From the NCBI GenBank assembly GCA_049802875.1, contig JBARNH010000054.1:12393-76392 (forward strand): a DNA stretch of 64,000 nt, in the 5' to 3' direction. Source of the DNA: Thermoplasmata archaeon. GTDB lineage: Archaea > Thermoplasmatota > Thermoplasmata > Lutacidiplasmatales > UBA184. Positions 16,915 through 24,586 of the stretch are shown here, piece by piece (the first letter of the stretch is position 1; each line of letters opens with the position of its first letter). The position numbers and the translations under genes are program-made. The notes under the pieces are model-generated. The model was not told the DNA's origin. It was given only the letters and a program-made list of their open reading frames with translations, and made no database searches.

Positions 16915-18153
16915 CTATGCGACCTCCGTGTCGTGGATCTCCATCACGTCGAGAAAATCTACCTTGAGAGGGACCCCGAGGAGGGCGGCGAGATTCGGCT
17001 CCGTACGCCCTCCATCTCCTTCCACCCATTCCTTGACGTAGGTACCGGCCTCGGTCCTCAGGTCGAGCGTGAACCGCCCCTCGGCAGCGTCCACCAACCG
17101 TGCGGCGACGATCCGACGCGTTCGAACGCGGTCGGCTCGACGATGCGCGACGCGGGTGGGCGTCCGCTGGGCGATCGCTCGGGTCAGCGCGAGGTCCAGG
17201 GCCTCATTAACCTTTGCCACCGAGGTCGCGCCGAGCACCCCGACTCGGTAGCTCTTGTCGGGACTCGCCTCCTTCACTCGCACGACCTCGGGCGCGTCGG
17301 CCGTCGCGAGGTCCAAGACCTCGATGCGTCCGGCCCCGCTTTCCGTGAGCGCGGCGGCGAGCTGCGGCAGGTCGAGGGTCCGCCGACGCGGCCGGAGGAG
17401 CTCGAGGACGAACGGTCGGCCCCGGCCGAGCATCCGTGCGTCGATGTCCTCCCGCCCCATGCCGTGGAATCGTGTCCCCTCCGCTCCGCTCGCGGTCAGG
17501 AAGGGCGCCGCGACGATCTCTTCGACGCTCTCCGCGTACGTTTTGCCCGTCCCCGCGCAGGTGTCGCAGCCCCGACCCTGGCATCTACGGCACGGCCACC
17601 GGGTCTGCGGTAACGTCCGGTCGAGCTTCCGGTAACGGCCCCGGAGGTAGATCGGAAGGACCGTGATCTCGACGAGACCGACCGGGAGGTCCGCGAGGAA
17701 GACGACGTCCGGTCGTTCGGTCCCGCCGGCGCCGCCGGTGCGCGCTTCGGTCCGTTTGCCGAGCTCCCGGTTGAACGCCGAACGAATGCTCTCGCCCCAC
17801 TCGGTGCCGACCTCGGCCCACAGCGCCTCCTCTCGGGCGAGGAGCTCCGGCTCCCATCGGGAGCCGCACGTGAAACGGTGCCATTCGTACCCGTCCGCCG
17901 CCCGGACCGCCCGCTCGACCCAAATGCTGGTCCGGCCGAAGAGCCCCCCGCAGACGGGGCACTCGGGGGACGGTGTCGAATCCTTGGTTCCGATGAGGGC
18001 CTCCAGCCGCTCGCTCCGCTCGGGGTTGGAAAGGCCGTGGCCGAGGCGTCCGAACAGCCGACCGTAGCACTCGCGGCAGAGGCCCCGACCCCGGGCGCGC
18101 CGTGCGACGGCGAGCGCGGCCTCCGGAACGTCGAACGAGAGCGGCGCGGACAC
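16915..18153 (-). CDS. pus10: tRNA pseudouridine(54/55) synthase Pus10
   Basis: An N-terminal CxxC...CPVCGG zinc module, then RWPCRRCQGRGCDTCAGTGK and the catalytic GMGREDIDARMLGRGRPFVLEL. Starts at GTG, and its stop directly abuts the rpl21e ATG. Confidence 0.92.
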   Translation of the reverse strand: MSAPLSFDVPEAALAVARRARGRGLCRECYGRLFGRLGHGLSNPERSERLEALIGTKDSTPSPECPVCGGLFGRTSIWVERAVRAADGYEWHRFTCGSRWEPELLAREEALWAEVGTEWGESIRSAFNRELGKRTEARTGGAGGTERPDVVFLADLPVGLVEITVLPIYLRGRYRKLDRTLPQTRWPCRRCQGRGCDTCAGTGKTYAESVEEIVAAPFLTASGAEGTRFHGMGREDIDARMLGRGRPFVLELLRPRRRTLDLPQLAAALTESGAGRIEVLDLATADAPEVVRVKEASPDKSYRVGVLGATSVAKVNEALDLALTRAIAQRTPTRVAHRRADRVRTRRIVAARLVDAAEGRFTLDLRTEAGTYVKEWVEGDGGRTEPNLAALLGVPLKVDFLDVMEIHDTEVA

Positions 18154-18176
18154 GGCCCCGCCACCGTCGAGCGCAG

Positions 18177-18183
18177 TTAAAGT
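18177..18183 (-). promoter_or_regulatory. TATA-like box (minus strand CTTTAAC) for the pus10-rpl21e-rpoF-DUF655 operon
   Basis: Centred about 27 nt upstream of GTG 18153. Confidence 0.5.
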
Positions 18184-18216
18184 TCTCCTCGGGAACCGGT
18201 GCGCCGAGCGCGCCGA

Positions 18217-18224
18217 CTATTTAG
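18217..18224 (+). promoter_or_regulatory. TATA-like box CTATTTAG for the divergent hypothetical gene
   Basis: It lies only 12 nt before ATG 18236 but about 33 nt before ATG 18254, which argues that the second ATG is the real start. Confidence 0.45.
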
Positions 18225-18235
18225 TCGGTCGAGGG

Positions 18236-18649
18236 ATGGACCCTCGGGGCGAAATGGCGTCGATCACCGAGGCCGAGCTCACCCGAGCGATCGAACGGAC
18301 CCTGGTCGCGCGAGGGAAGATGCCCCCGGCCGAGGCGCGGTCGACCGCCCGGATGGTGCTCGGGTATTTCGGTCTCGACGATGCGGTCCTCGATAACAAA
18401 CTCTCGAGCGAGGACCGCGACCGGTTCTACCAACTGGAGGAGGAGGGACTCTTGACGAGCGAGGAGGAGGACGCCACGGTCTCGCGAGGGAAGACCTGGC
18501 GGATCCACTACTGGCTCCTCAAGAAGGCGCGGATCCGCGACGTGGGCCAGGCGGGTGATGCGCCGATCGCCGACGACGCGGGGACGGTCTATCGCGAGAT
18601 CGGGGAATCCGATTGGAAGCACCGGGCCGACCCCCCGCGCGGAACGTAG
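18236..18649 (+). CDS. hypothetical protein (probable start at ATG 18254)
   Basis: 137-aa ORF reading ...MASITEAELTRAIERTLVARGKMPPAEARSTARMVLGYFGLDDAVLDNKLSSEDRDRFYQLEEEGLLTSEEE...WRIHYWLL. The composition looks coding. No family recognised. Confidence 0.6.
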   Translation: MDPRGEMASITEAELTRAIERTLVARGKMPPAEARSTARMVLGYFGLDDAVLDNKLSSEDRDRFYQLEEEGLLTSEEEDATVSRGKTWRIHYWLLKKARIRDVGQAGDAPIADDAGTVYREIGESDWKHRADPPRGT

Positions 18650-18662
18650 CGGACGATGCCGC

Positions 18663-19490
18663 CTAACGCGGGCGGCTGGGCGGTCGCCGGTTCGCCCCCG
18701 GGAGCAACGCCGGGTACTCGGCGACCGCGATCACGGAGCGCACGTGCTCGATTGCCGCGAAGGCGAAGGTGACCGCGGCGAGGAGCGCGATGATCGCCGC
18801 GAGCGAAACGGCGAGTCCCGAAACGCCGAACAGCACCAGGATCGCCGCGAGCGAGGCGAGGGCATTGAACGACGCGTGCATGGCGACCGCGAGCAGGTAG
18901 TACGACCCCGTCCCGGGACCGGGGACGTTGAATCGGCTGCGCGCGAACCCGTAGCCGAACATCCCGGTCGAACTTCCGTGGAGGAGCACGCTCGAGACGC
19001 TGCGGACCAGGATCAGGGCGATCCCGGCCTCGATCCCGCCGACCAGGTACGCCGAAAGCCCGTAGAGGAACGTCTCAAAGAATCCGAATCCAAGACCGAC
19101 CGACGCGCCGAACACCGGACCGTCCGCGACCGAGCGGATCTGGTCCCGGTAGGCGTAGACGCCCGACCCTTTGAGCGCTTCTTCGATGAATGGGGCGACG
19201 ACCAGCACGAGGAAGAACGCCCCGAGCGGCGAGTTCCCGTTTAGGAAGAGGAACTCGGGCCCGGGCAGCTGTTGGCTCACGCTCGTCCCGAGCCCGACGA
19301 TGACCGCCTCGAGGATCGCCGCTACGATCGTGGCGAACAGGGCCCCGTAGGCGAACGCACGAAGGATCTGACCCCAGGAGCTCCGTTGAAAACGCTCGAC
19401 CCGCCGAACCCAACTGAGGTAGATCAGTGCGGGTACCAGCGAAAGAAGGATCAGGATCGCGAGGTCCGCGGCCGCGTCGAAGGCGCTCAT
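18663..19490 (-). CDS. prsW: PrsW family intramembrane metalloprotease
   Basis: A multi-TM protein with APFIEEALKG (the EExxK motif) and later His-containing helices (VLLHGSSTG, AMHASFNAL). Its ATG overlaps the hbd stop (ATGA at 19487-19490). Confidence 0.75.
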   Translation of the reverse strand: MSAFDAAADLAILILLSLVPALIYLSWVRRVERFQRSSWGQILRAFAYGALFATIVAAILEAVIVGLGTSVSQQLPGPEFLFLNGNSPLGAFFLVLVVAPFIEEALKGSGVYAYRDQIRSVADGPVFGASVGLGFGFFETFLYGLSAYLVGGIEAGIALILVRSVSSVLLHGSSTGMFGYGFARSRFNVPGPGTGSYYLLAVAMHASFNALASLAAILVLFGVSGLAVSLAAIIALLAAVTFAFAAIEHVRSVIAVAEYPALLPGANRRPPSRPR

Positions 19491-20410
19491 GCTGACGCGC
19501 CCCGGGCAGGGTAGGCGTAGAACCCTTCCCCGGTCTTACGTCCAAGCTTCTTCGCCGCCACCATCGTACGGAGGAGCGGACAGGCGCGATATCGGGGGTC
19601 TCTGAACCCGTCCCAGAGGACGTCCAGGATCGCGAGGGCTGTGTCAATTCCCACGAGGTCGGCGAGCTCGAACGGACCCATCGGGTGGTGGAACCCCAGC
19701 TTGTAGGCGATGTCGATATCCTCCTTGGTCGCAACACCCTCATAGAGCATCCACGCCGCCTCGTTGAGCAGGACCGCGAGCGCGCGGGTGGTGACGAACC
19801 CCGGAGTGTCCCGAGAGGTGACGACGGTCTTGCCAAGGCTGACCGCGAACGCCCGGGCGGTCTCCACGACCTCTGGGCGGGTCGTGTGGCCGGGGATCAG
19901 TTCGACCAGGGGCATCTGGAGGACCGGGTTGAAGAAATGGAGCCCGACGAGCCGGCCGGGGTCGCGCAGTTCCTGCGCGATAGAGGTGATCGGCAGCGAC
20001 GAGGTGTTCGACGCCAGCAGGGCGGTGGGCTGTGTCGCCTCCTCCAGTTGCCGGAAAACCTCCCGTTTCATGGCGAGGTTCTCGGGAGCCGCTTCGATCA
20101 CGACCTGCGCCGAATCGGCACGGCGAAGGCCGATCGCCACCTCGATCCTCCCGAGGGCCGCTTCCCGCTCCCCCGGACCGATAGCGCCCTTCGCGACCGC
20201 GTGGTCGAGGGCTCGCCCCGCGTTGGCGAGTCCTCGGCGGGCCAGCTCCTCGCTCACGTCCTCGAGGGTGACCGGAAACCCCGCGAGGGCGGACTGCGCC
20301 GCGATGCCACTCCCCATGATCCCGGCCCCGACCACGAACACCCGTTGGCGTACCGATGCGCGGGGGTCGCTGCCGACGACGATCGCGGGCGGGTTCGACC
20401 CGTCGCTCAC
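19487..20410 (-). CDS. hbd: 3-hydroxyacyl-CoA/3-hydroxybutyryl-CoA dehydrogenase
   Basis: VFVVGAGIMGSGIAAQSALAGFPVTLEDV...LASNTSSLPITSIA...GLHFFNPV...DTPGFVTTR. I trimmed the start to GTG 20410, which overlaps the TGA of the upstream gene (GTGA). The track ORF extends to 20542 inside that gene. Confidence 0.88.
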   Translation of the reverse strand: MSDGSNPPAIVVGSDPRASVRQRVFVVGAGIMGSGIAAQSALAGFPVTLEDVSEELARRGLANAGRALDHAVAKGAIGPGEREAALGRIEVAIGLRRADSAQVVIEAAPENLAMKREVFRQLEEATQPTALLASNTSSLPITSIAQELRDPGRLVGLHFFNPVLQMPLVELIPGHTTRPEVVETARAFAVSLGKTVVTSRDTPGFVTTRALAVLLNEAAWMLYEGVATKEDIDIAYKLGFHHPMGPFELADLVGIDTALAILDVLWDGFRDPRYRACPLLRTMVAAKKLGRKTGEGFYAYPARGASA

Positions 20411-21342
20411 GGTACTCCCAACGGCGCCGCTCCGCTTCGGACCACCTCGAGATATTCGCACGCTCGGCAGAGACCGCCCGACGACGGCTCCCCGCACGAT
20501 CGGCACCGGGCCGGCGAGGTGACCCCCTCGTCGCGGAGCCATCGCTCGACGAGCTTATCGTGGGTACGCAACAACGACTGACGCGTACCGGGCAACGCCT
20601 CCTCGAGTTCCCAAACGACCTCGCGGAAGAGGTTACGCGAGGCACGAGCGGCGTGCGGGCACTCGGCGTGATCGAACGGGAGCTCCTGGCGGCGGGCGTA
20701 CAGATATACTTCGCGTTCCGGCACCAGGGCGAGCGGAGCGATCCGCGGGACGAGACCGGGCCGGGCGATTCGGTGCGGGGCCATCCGCACCAACCGGTCG
20801 AGGTCCCCTCGCACGAGGTTCATCAGCACGGTCTGGGCAAGGTCATCGAGGTTGAACCCGAGGATCAACGCATCGGCCCCGACGTCCCGAGCCGCCCGGT
20901 TGAGCAACTGTCGACGCCAGACCCCACAGAACGAGCAGGGGATCGTCCCCGGGAGCCGTTCGGCCGCCCGATCCGTCGTCGTCCCGAGCGCTTCGTCGGC
21001 TCGGACGATCCGGTGCGGGACTCCCAGGCGCTCGGTCAGCGCCGCGGCGGCCCGGAGGGTGCCGGCCCGGTACCCGGAAACCCCCTCGTCCACACTGAGA
21101 GCGACCAACCGCACGCCCGGACGGCGTCGAAAGTAGGCCTGGGACAGCAGGAGGGCGACCGCCGAGTCCTTGCCTCCCGAAAGCGCGACCCCGACGGTTC
21201 CTCCCGCAAAATGCGGGAGTTGCCGGTAGAATTCCTGGCGTACACGCTCCTCGACGGAGGCATCAAAGTGGTCGGCGCAGGCGTGGCTGCCACGGTACGG
21301 CTGGTCGATGACCGCGGCCGCGTCGCAGTTGGAGCACCGCAC
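20407..21342 (-). CDS. tRNA 2-thiolation PP-loop ATPase (Ncs6/NcsA/TtuA family)
   Basis: N- and C-terminal CxxC zinc fingers (CSNCD..., CRSCG...CRAC), the PP-loop VALSGGKDS and LILGFNLDDLAQTVLMNL. Starts at GTG. Confidence 0.88.
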   Translation of the reverse strand: MRCSNCDAAAVIDQPYRGSHACADHFDASVEERVRQEFYRQLPHFAGGTVGVALSGGKDSAVALLLSQAYFRRRPGVRLVALSVDEGVSGYRAGTLRAAAALTERLGVPHRIVRADEALGTTTDRAAERLPGTIPCSFCGVWRRQLLNRAARDVGADALILGFNLDDLAQTVLMNLVRGDLDRLVRMAPHRIARPGLVPRIAPLALVPEREVYLYARRQELPFDHAECPHAARASRNLFREVVWELEEALPGTRQSLLRTHDKLVERWLRDEGVTSPARCRSCGEPSSGGLCRACEYLEVVRSGAAPLGVP

Positions 21343-21362
21343 GAACCACGGAACCGCCGCAC

Positions 21363-21370
21363 TCTATTTG
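21363..21370 (-). promoter_or_regulatory. TATA-like box (minus strand CAAATAGA) for the thiolation gene operon
   Basis: Centred about 25 nt upstream of GTG 21342. Confidence 0.45.
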
Positions 21371-21409
21371 AGGAGGCAGCGCCGCCGGCGATTCCTCTGC
21401 GTCCATACG

Positions 21410-21417
21410 ATTATTAG
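21410..21417 (+). promoter_or_regulatory. TATA-like box ATTATTAG for xerA
   Basis: Centred about 28 nt upstream of ATG 21442. Confidence 0.45.
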
Positions 21418-21441
21418 CTGAACCTCCGCCAACGAACCCCG

Positions 21442-22353
21442 ATGGCTTCGACGCGCCTACCCCGGACCAACGGAACGCACCGTCCGGCGGCCACCGGCCC
21501 TGACACACCGAACCCGGGGCCGTCGTTTGACGCCCTCGAGCTCGTCGGACGATTCCAGCGTATGCTCCAGTCTCAGGAACGGAGTCCGTGCACGGTGAAA
21601 CAGTACGGGCACATCGCTCGCACCTTCCTCTCCTATGCGCACAAGCCCCTCGAGGAAGTTACGCTCCACGACCTGGAAGCGTTCCGGGAGTATCTGGTCC
21701 TCCAGCGCCATTACTCGAAGAACTCGGTCTACACCACGGTACGCGGGTTGACTTGCCTGTTCCGGAACTTCGGCCTCGCGGTCGCCGATCAGCTCGAGCC
21801 CCCTCGGCGACCCGAACGACTCCCGCGATACTTGTCCGAAGAGGAGATGCATCGGCTCTTCGAGGCCGTTCGCGATTCCCCCCGAGACAGTGCGATCGTG
21901 CATGTGCTCGCCTTCGCCGGACTCCGGGTGAGCGAGGTCTGTCACCTCCAGATCGAGGACATCGAGTTCGAGACCAACATCCTTCACGTTCGATCCGGCA
22001 AGGGAGACAAGGACCGCGAGGTCATCCTCGAGGACCGTACCCGGGCGGCGATCGACCGATATCTGACCGACCGGACCCTGGCGGGGGAGTCCAGCCTCCG
22101 CCTCTTTCCGGTCGGCCCGGTGACCGTCGAACGGATCGTCCGGCGGGCCGCGACGACGGCGGCGATCCCCCGGCGAGTAACGCCGCACATGCTGCGCCAC
22201 ACGCTGGCCACCGCCCTCTTGTCGAGAGGGTGCGATATCCGCTACATCCAGAAGCTGCTCGGTCACGCGTCGGTTGCGACGACCCAGATCTACACCCACG
22301 TCGATACCCAGGCGCTCCGGAACGCGTACCAGCGCGCGAAGCCGGAGTATTAA
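21442..22353 (+). CDS. xerA: tyrosine recombinase XerA-type
   Basis: An N-terminal SAM-like core-binding domain (TVKQYGHIARTFLSY...) and a catalytic domain with GLRVSEVCHL, HMLRHTLATALL and LLGHASVATTQIYTHV. Confidence 0.88.
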   Translation: MASTRLPRTNGTHRPAATGPDTPNPGPSFDALELVGRFQRMLQSQERSPCTVKQYGHIARTFLSYAHKPLEEVTLHDLEAFREYLVLQRHYSKNSVYTTVRGLTCLFRNFGLAVADQLEPPRRPERLPRYLSEEEMHRLFEAVRDSPRDSAIVHVLAFAGLRVSEVCHLQIEDIEFETNILHVRSGKGDKDREVILEDRTRAAIDRYLTDRTLAGESSLRLFPVGPVTVERIVRRAATTAAIPRRVTPHMLRHTLATALLSRGCDIRYIQKLLGHASVATTQIYTHVDTQALRNAYQRAKPEY

Positions 22354-22376
22354 CAACCGCGCGGCCTCGGTTCTCC

Positions 22377-23573
22377 GTGCCGGCCACCGACGCCGAGGTC
22401 CTGGTCCTCGGAGCGGGGATCGCCGGGTGCGCCCTCGCCTACCACCTCGCGGAACGGCACGTCGGACCCATCGTCGTCTACGACCCTCGGACCCCCGGGG
22501 CCGGAGCTACGGGCCGCGCGGCGGGCATCGTCACCGAGCAACTATGGAATCGGTGGGACGTTGAGGTCACCCGGGAGTCCAAACTGCAATACGCCGCGCT
22601 GGCCGCCCGATGGGATGCCTCGGCCTACACCGTCAACGGGTTCATCCGCTGGGCCCGGGGCAACGAGGCGATCTCGGTACTCGACGGTGCGGTGGGCCGG
22701 CTCAGATCCTGGGGGGTCGACGTACGCGAGTTGGCACCGGTCGAACTCGCGGAGCGGGTTCCGTGGGGCCGGTTCGATGACGGACCTCGAGCGATCTGGA
22801 GTCCCGCCGACGCCGTGGTCACTCCGAGCACGATGGGAGAAATCTACGCCGAAGCGAGCCGCCAATCCGGCGTGGAGTTTTGGCTGGGTACCCCGATGGA
22901 GTCGCTCCGACGGAGCTCGGGGGCCTGGGAGCTCGAGACCGGCGGTCGAAGCGTTCGCGCGGCGAGCGCGGTGGTCGCGGCCGGGGCATGGTCGAAACAG
23001 ATCCTCGCAGGCGTCGGCCATCCCCTCCCGCTCGCGCCGTACCGGACCCAGGCCGCGGTCCTTCGACCCTCGTCGGGACCAGTGGTGTTTCCCTCCGTGC
23101 ACGACATCGACGTGGATGTGTATGCCCGCCCCGAGTCGATGGGGCGCATCCTCGCCGGGGACGGCACCCGGCTCGTCGAGGTCGACCCGGAGGGGTTCCG
23201 GACCGGCGCGGACGAGTCGTTCGTCACCGACCTCGCCGAAACGTTCGGCCGTCGTTTTCCCGGGTGGGCGGACGCCGAGCTCGTCCGGGCCTGGGCGGGC
23301 GTTTGTACTTCCACCCCCGACCGTCGTCCGTTGGTCGGTCCAGTGCCGGGGGCCGACGGCCTCTACGCAATCGTTGGATTCAACGGGTTCGGGGTCATGC
23401 GCGCGGGAGGGGTGGCGCAACGACTGGCCGAGTTGATCGCGTCGGGCGGGACAAAGGACCGCGACCTCGAGCGCCTGCGTCCGGTGCTTCCCGACCGCTT
23501 CCGGGGACCAGCCCTCCCGTTCGCCCCGCGACCCGGGTTTACGCTGGACGACGGCGACGACCCGCGCTTCTGA
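22377..23573 (+). CDS. FAD-dependent oxidoreductase (DAO family; glycine/D-amino-acid or sarcosine oxidase-like)
   Basis: VLVLGAGIAGCALAYHLAER...ATGRAAGIV...AVVAAGAWS...GFNGFGVMRAGG. I trimmed the start to in-frame GTG 22377, 23 nt after the xerA stop. The upstream part of track ORF 21588..23573 overlaps xerA out of frame. Confidence 0.85.
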   Translation: MPATDAEVLVLGAGIAGCALAYHLAERHVGPIVVYDPRTPGAGATGRAAGIVTEQLWNRWDVEVTRESKLQYAALAARWDASAYTVNGFIRWARGNEAISVLDGAVGRLRSWGVDVRELAPVELAERVPWGRFDDGPRAIWSPADAVVTPSTMGEIYAEASRQSGVEFWLGTPMESLRRSSGAWELETGGRSVRAASAVVAAGAWSKQILAGVGHPLPLAPYRTQAAVLRPSSGPVVFPSVHDIDVDVYARPESMGRILAGDGTRLVEVDPEGFRTGADESFVTDLAETFGRRFPGWADAELVRAWAGVCTSTPDRRPLVGPVPGADGLYAIVGFNGFGVMRAGGVAQRLAELIASGGTKDRDLERLRPVLPDRFRGPALPFAPRPGFTLDDGDDPRF

Positions 23574-23580
23574 GCCGAGG

Positions 23581-24489
23581 TCAGTCGACCCGGCGGATCC
23601 GCTCGAGCTTTTCGAGGAACTCGACCCCGTCGCCCGAAACCATCGGTTTACCGTCCTCGCGCGTCAGCGGGAGTCCCGCCAGCGCGCAAGCTTCGGCGGG
23701 ACTCTTTCCCTCGAGTAGGGCCTGGATCGCCCTCCGCTCCCGCCGTCCGAAGCTGAGGCCCTCGACCTGATACTCCTCGAACGCTTCGTACGCTACCGGA
23801 CACACGACCCGGGTCAGCCTCGCAATCTCCGCGGCGAAGAGGCGGATCTCCTCCTGGGAGTGCGCGTCCAATCGAAGCGAGAGGAAATGGAACAGGTTGT
23901 GGAGGTTGACCTTCCAGTACCATTGGGTGTAGTACGCGACCGGGAGCACGAGCCGGGCCGTCTCTCGTGCGACGCCAGCCTCTAGCGCTCTCGAGTACGC
24001 CGCGTACGCCTGTTGGGAGACCTCCACCAGGTCGGAGCGGAACCGGTCCACCGTTTCGGAGGGCAGCGGGTCGCCGCGACCCTGCCGGTTACGAGTGGAT
24101 TGGTGGCGGATCTCCTCGGGAGGCGGGACCTCATACTCGTCCGGCACGACGCTGTACCGCGCCGAGTACTCGTTCGTAGAGCTGGCCCGGTGCCGGATCC
24201 ATTGACGAGCGACGAAGATCGGCAGTCGAACGAGGAACTTGTACTCGACCATCTCGAACGGCGTCGTGTGGCGGTGGCGCATCAGGTACCGGATGAGGCC
24301 TCGGTCGTCACGGATCGATTTGGTCCCGTGACCATACGACACCCGAGCCGCTTGCACGATCGCGGCATCATTCCCCATGTAGTCGACCAGCGCGACGAAG
24401 CCGTGGGAGAGCACGGGATGCCGGACCCCGATCTCTAGGTCCGCCGCCGGCACCGTGGCCCGCTGCATCGGGCCGGAATCGTCGGTCAT
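23581..24489 (-). CDS. thyX: FAD-dependent thymidylate synthase
   Basis: RHRHTTPFEMV...ARQWIRHRASSTNEYSARY carries the ThyX RHRxxS-x-SxRY signature. It has a C-terminal extension of about 70 aa. Confidence 0.93.
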   Translation of the reverse strand: MTDDSGPMQRATVPAADLEIGVRHPVLSHGFVALVDYMGNDAAIVQAARVSYGHGTKSIRDDRGLIRYLMRHRHTTPFEMVEYKFLVRLPIFVARQWIRHRASSTNEYSARYSVVPDEYEVPPPEEIRHQSTRNRQGRGDPLPSETVDRFRSDLVEVSQQAYAAYSRALEAGVARETARLVLPVAYYTQWYWKVNLHNLFHFLSLRLDAHSQEEIRLFAAEIARLTRVVCPVAYEAFEEYQVEGLSFGRRERRAIQALLEGKSPAEACALAGLPLTREDGKPMVSGDGVEFLEKLERIRRVD

Positions 24490-24511
24490 ACGGCGGGGAC
24501 GGGGAATCCTA

Positions 24512-24519
24512 ACTTAAAG
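24512..24519 (-). promoter_or_regulatory. TATA-like box (minus strand CTTTAAGT) for thyX
   Basis: Centred about 26 nt upstream of ATG 24489. Confidence 0.5.
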
Positions 24520-24586
24520 GCCCCACCAGGGTTCGTTTAACGGTGCGGCAAAACCTAAGGCCGCCGCCCCTCTCGATACCTCGGAG

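Noticed and set aside
21442-22353. XerA-type tyrosine recombinase as a marker of an integrated mobile element or provirus
   Set aside because: I saw no flanking direct repeats, no adjacent tRNA target and no phage, plasmid or transposon genes. The neighbours are housekeeping genes (tRNA thiolation, FAD oxidoreductase, thyX) with the same composition. This is most consistent with the chromosomal dimer-resolution XerA.
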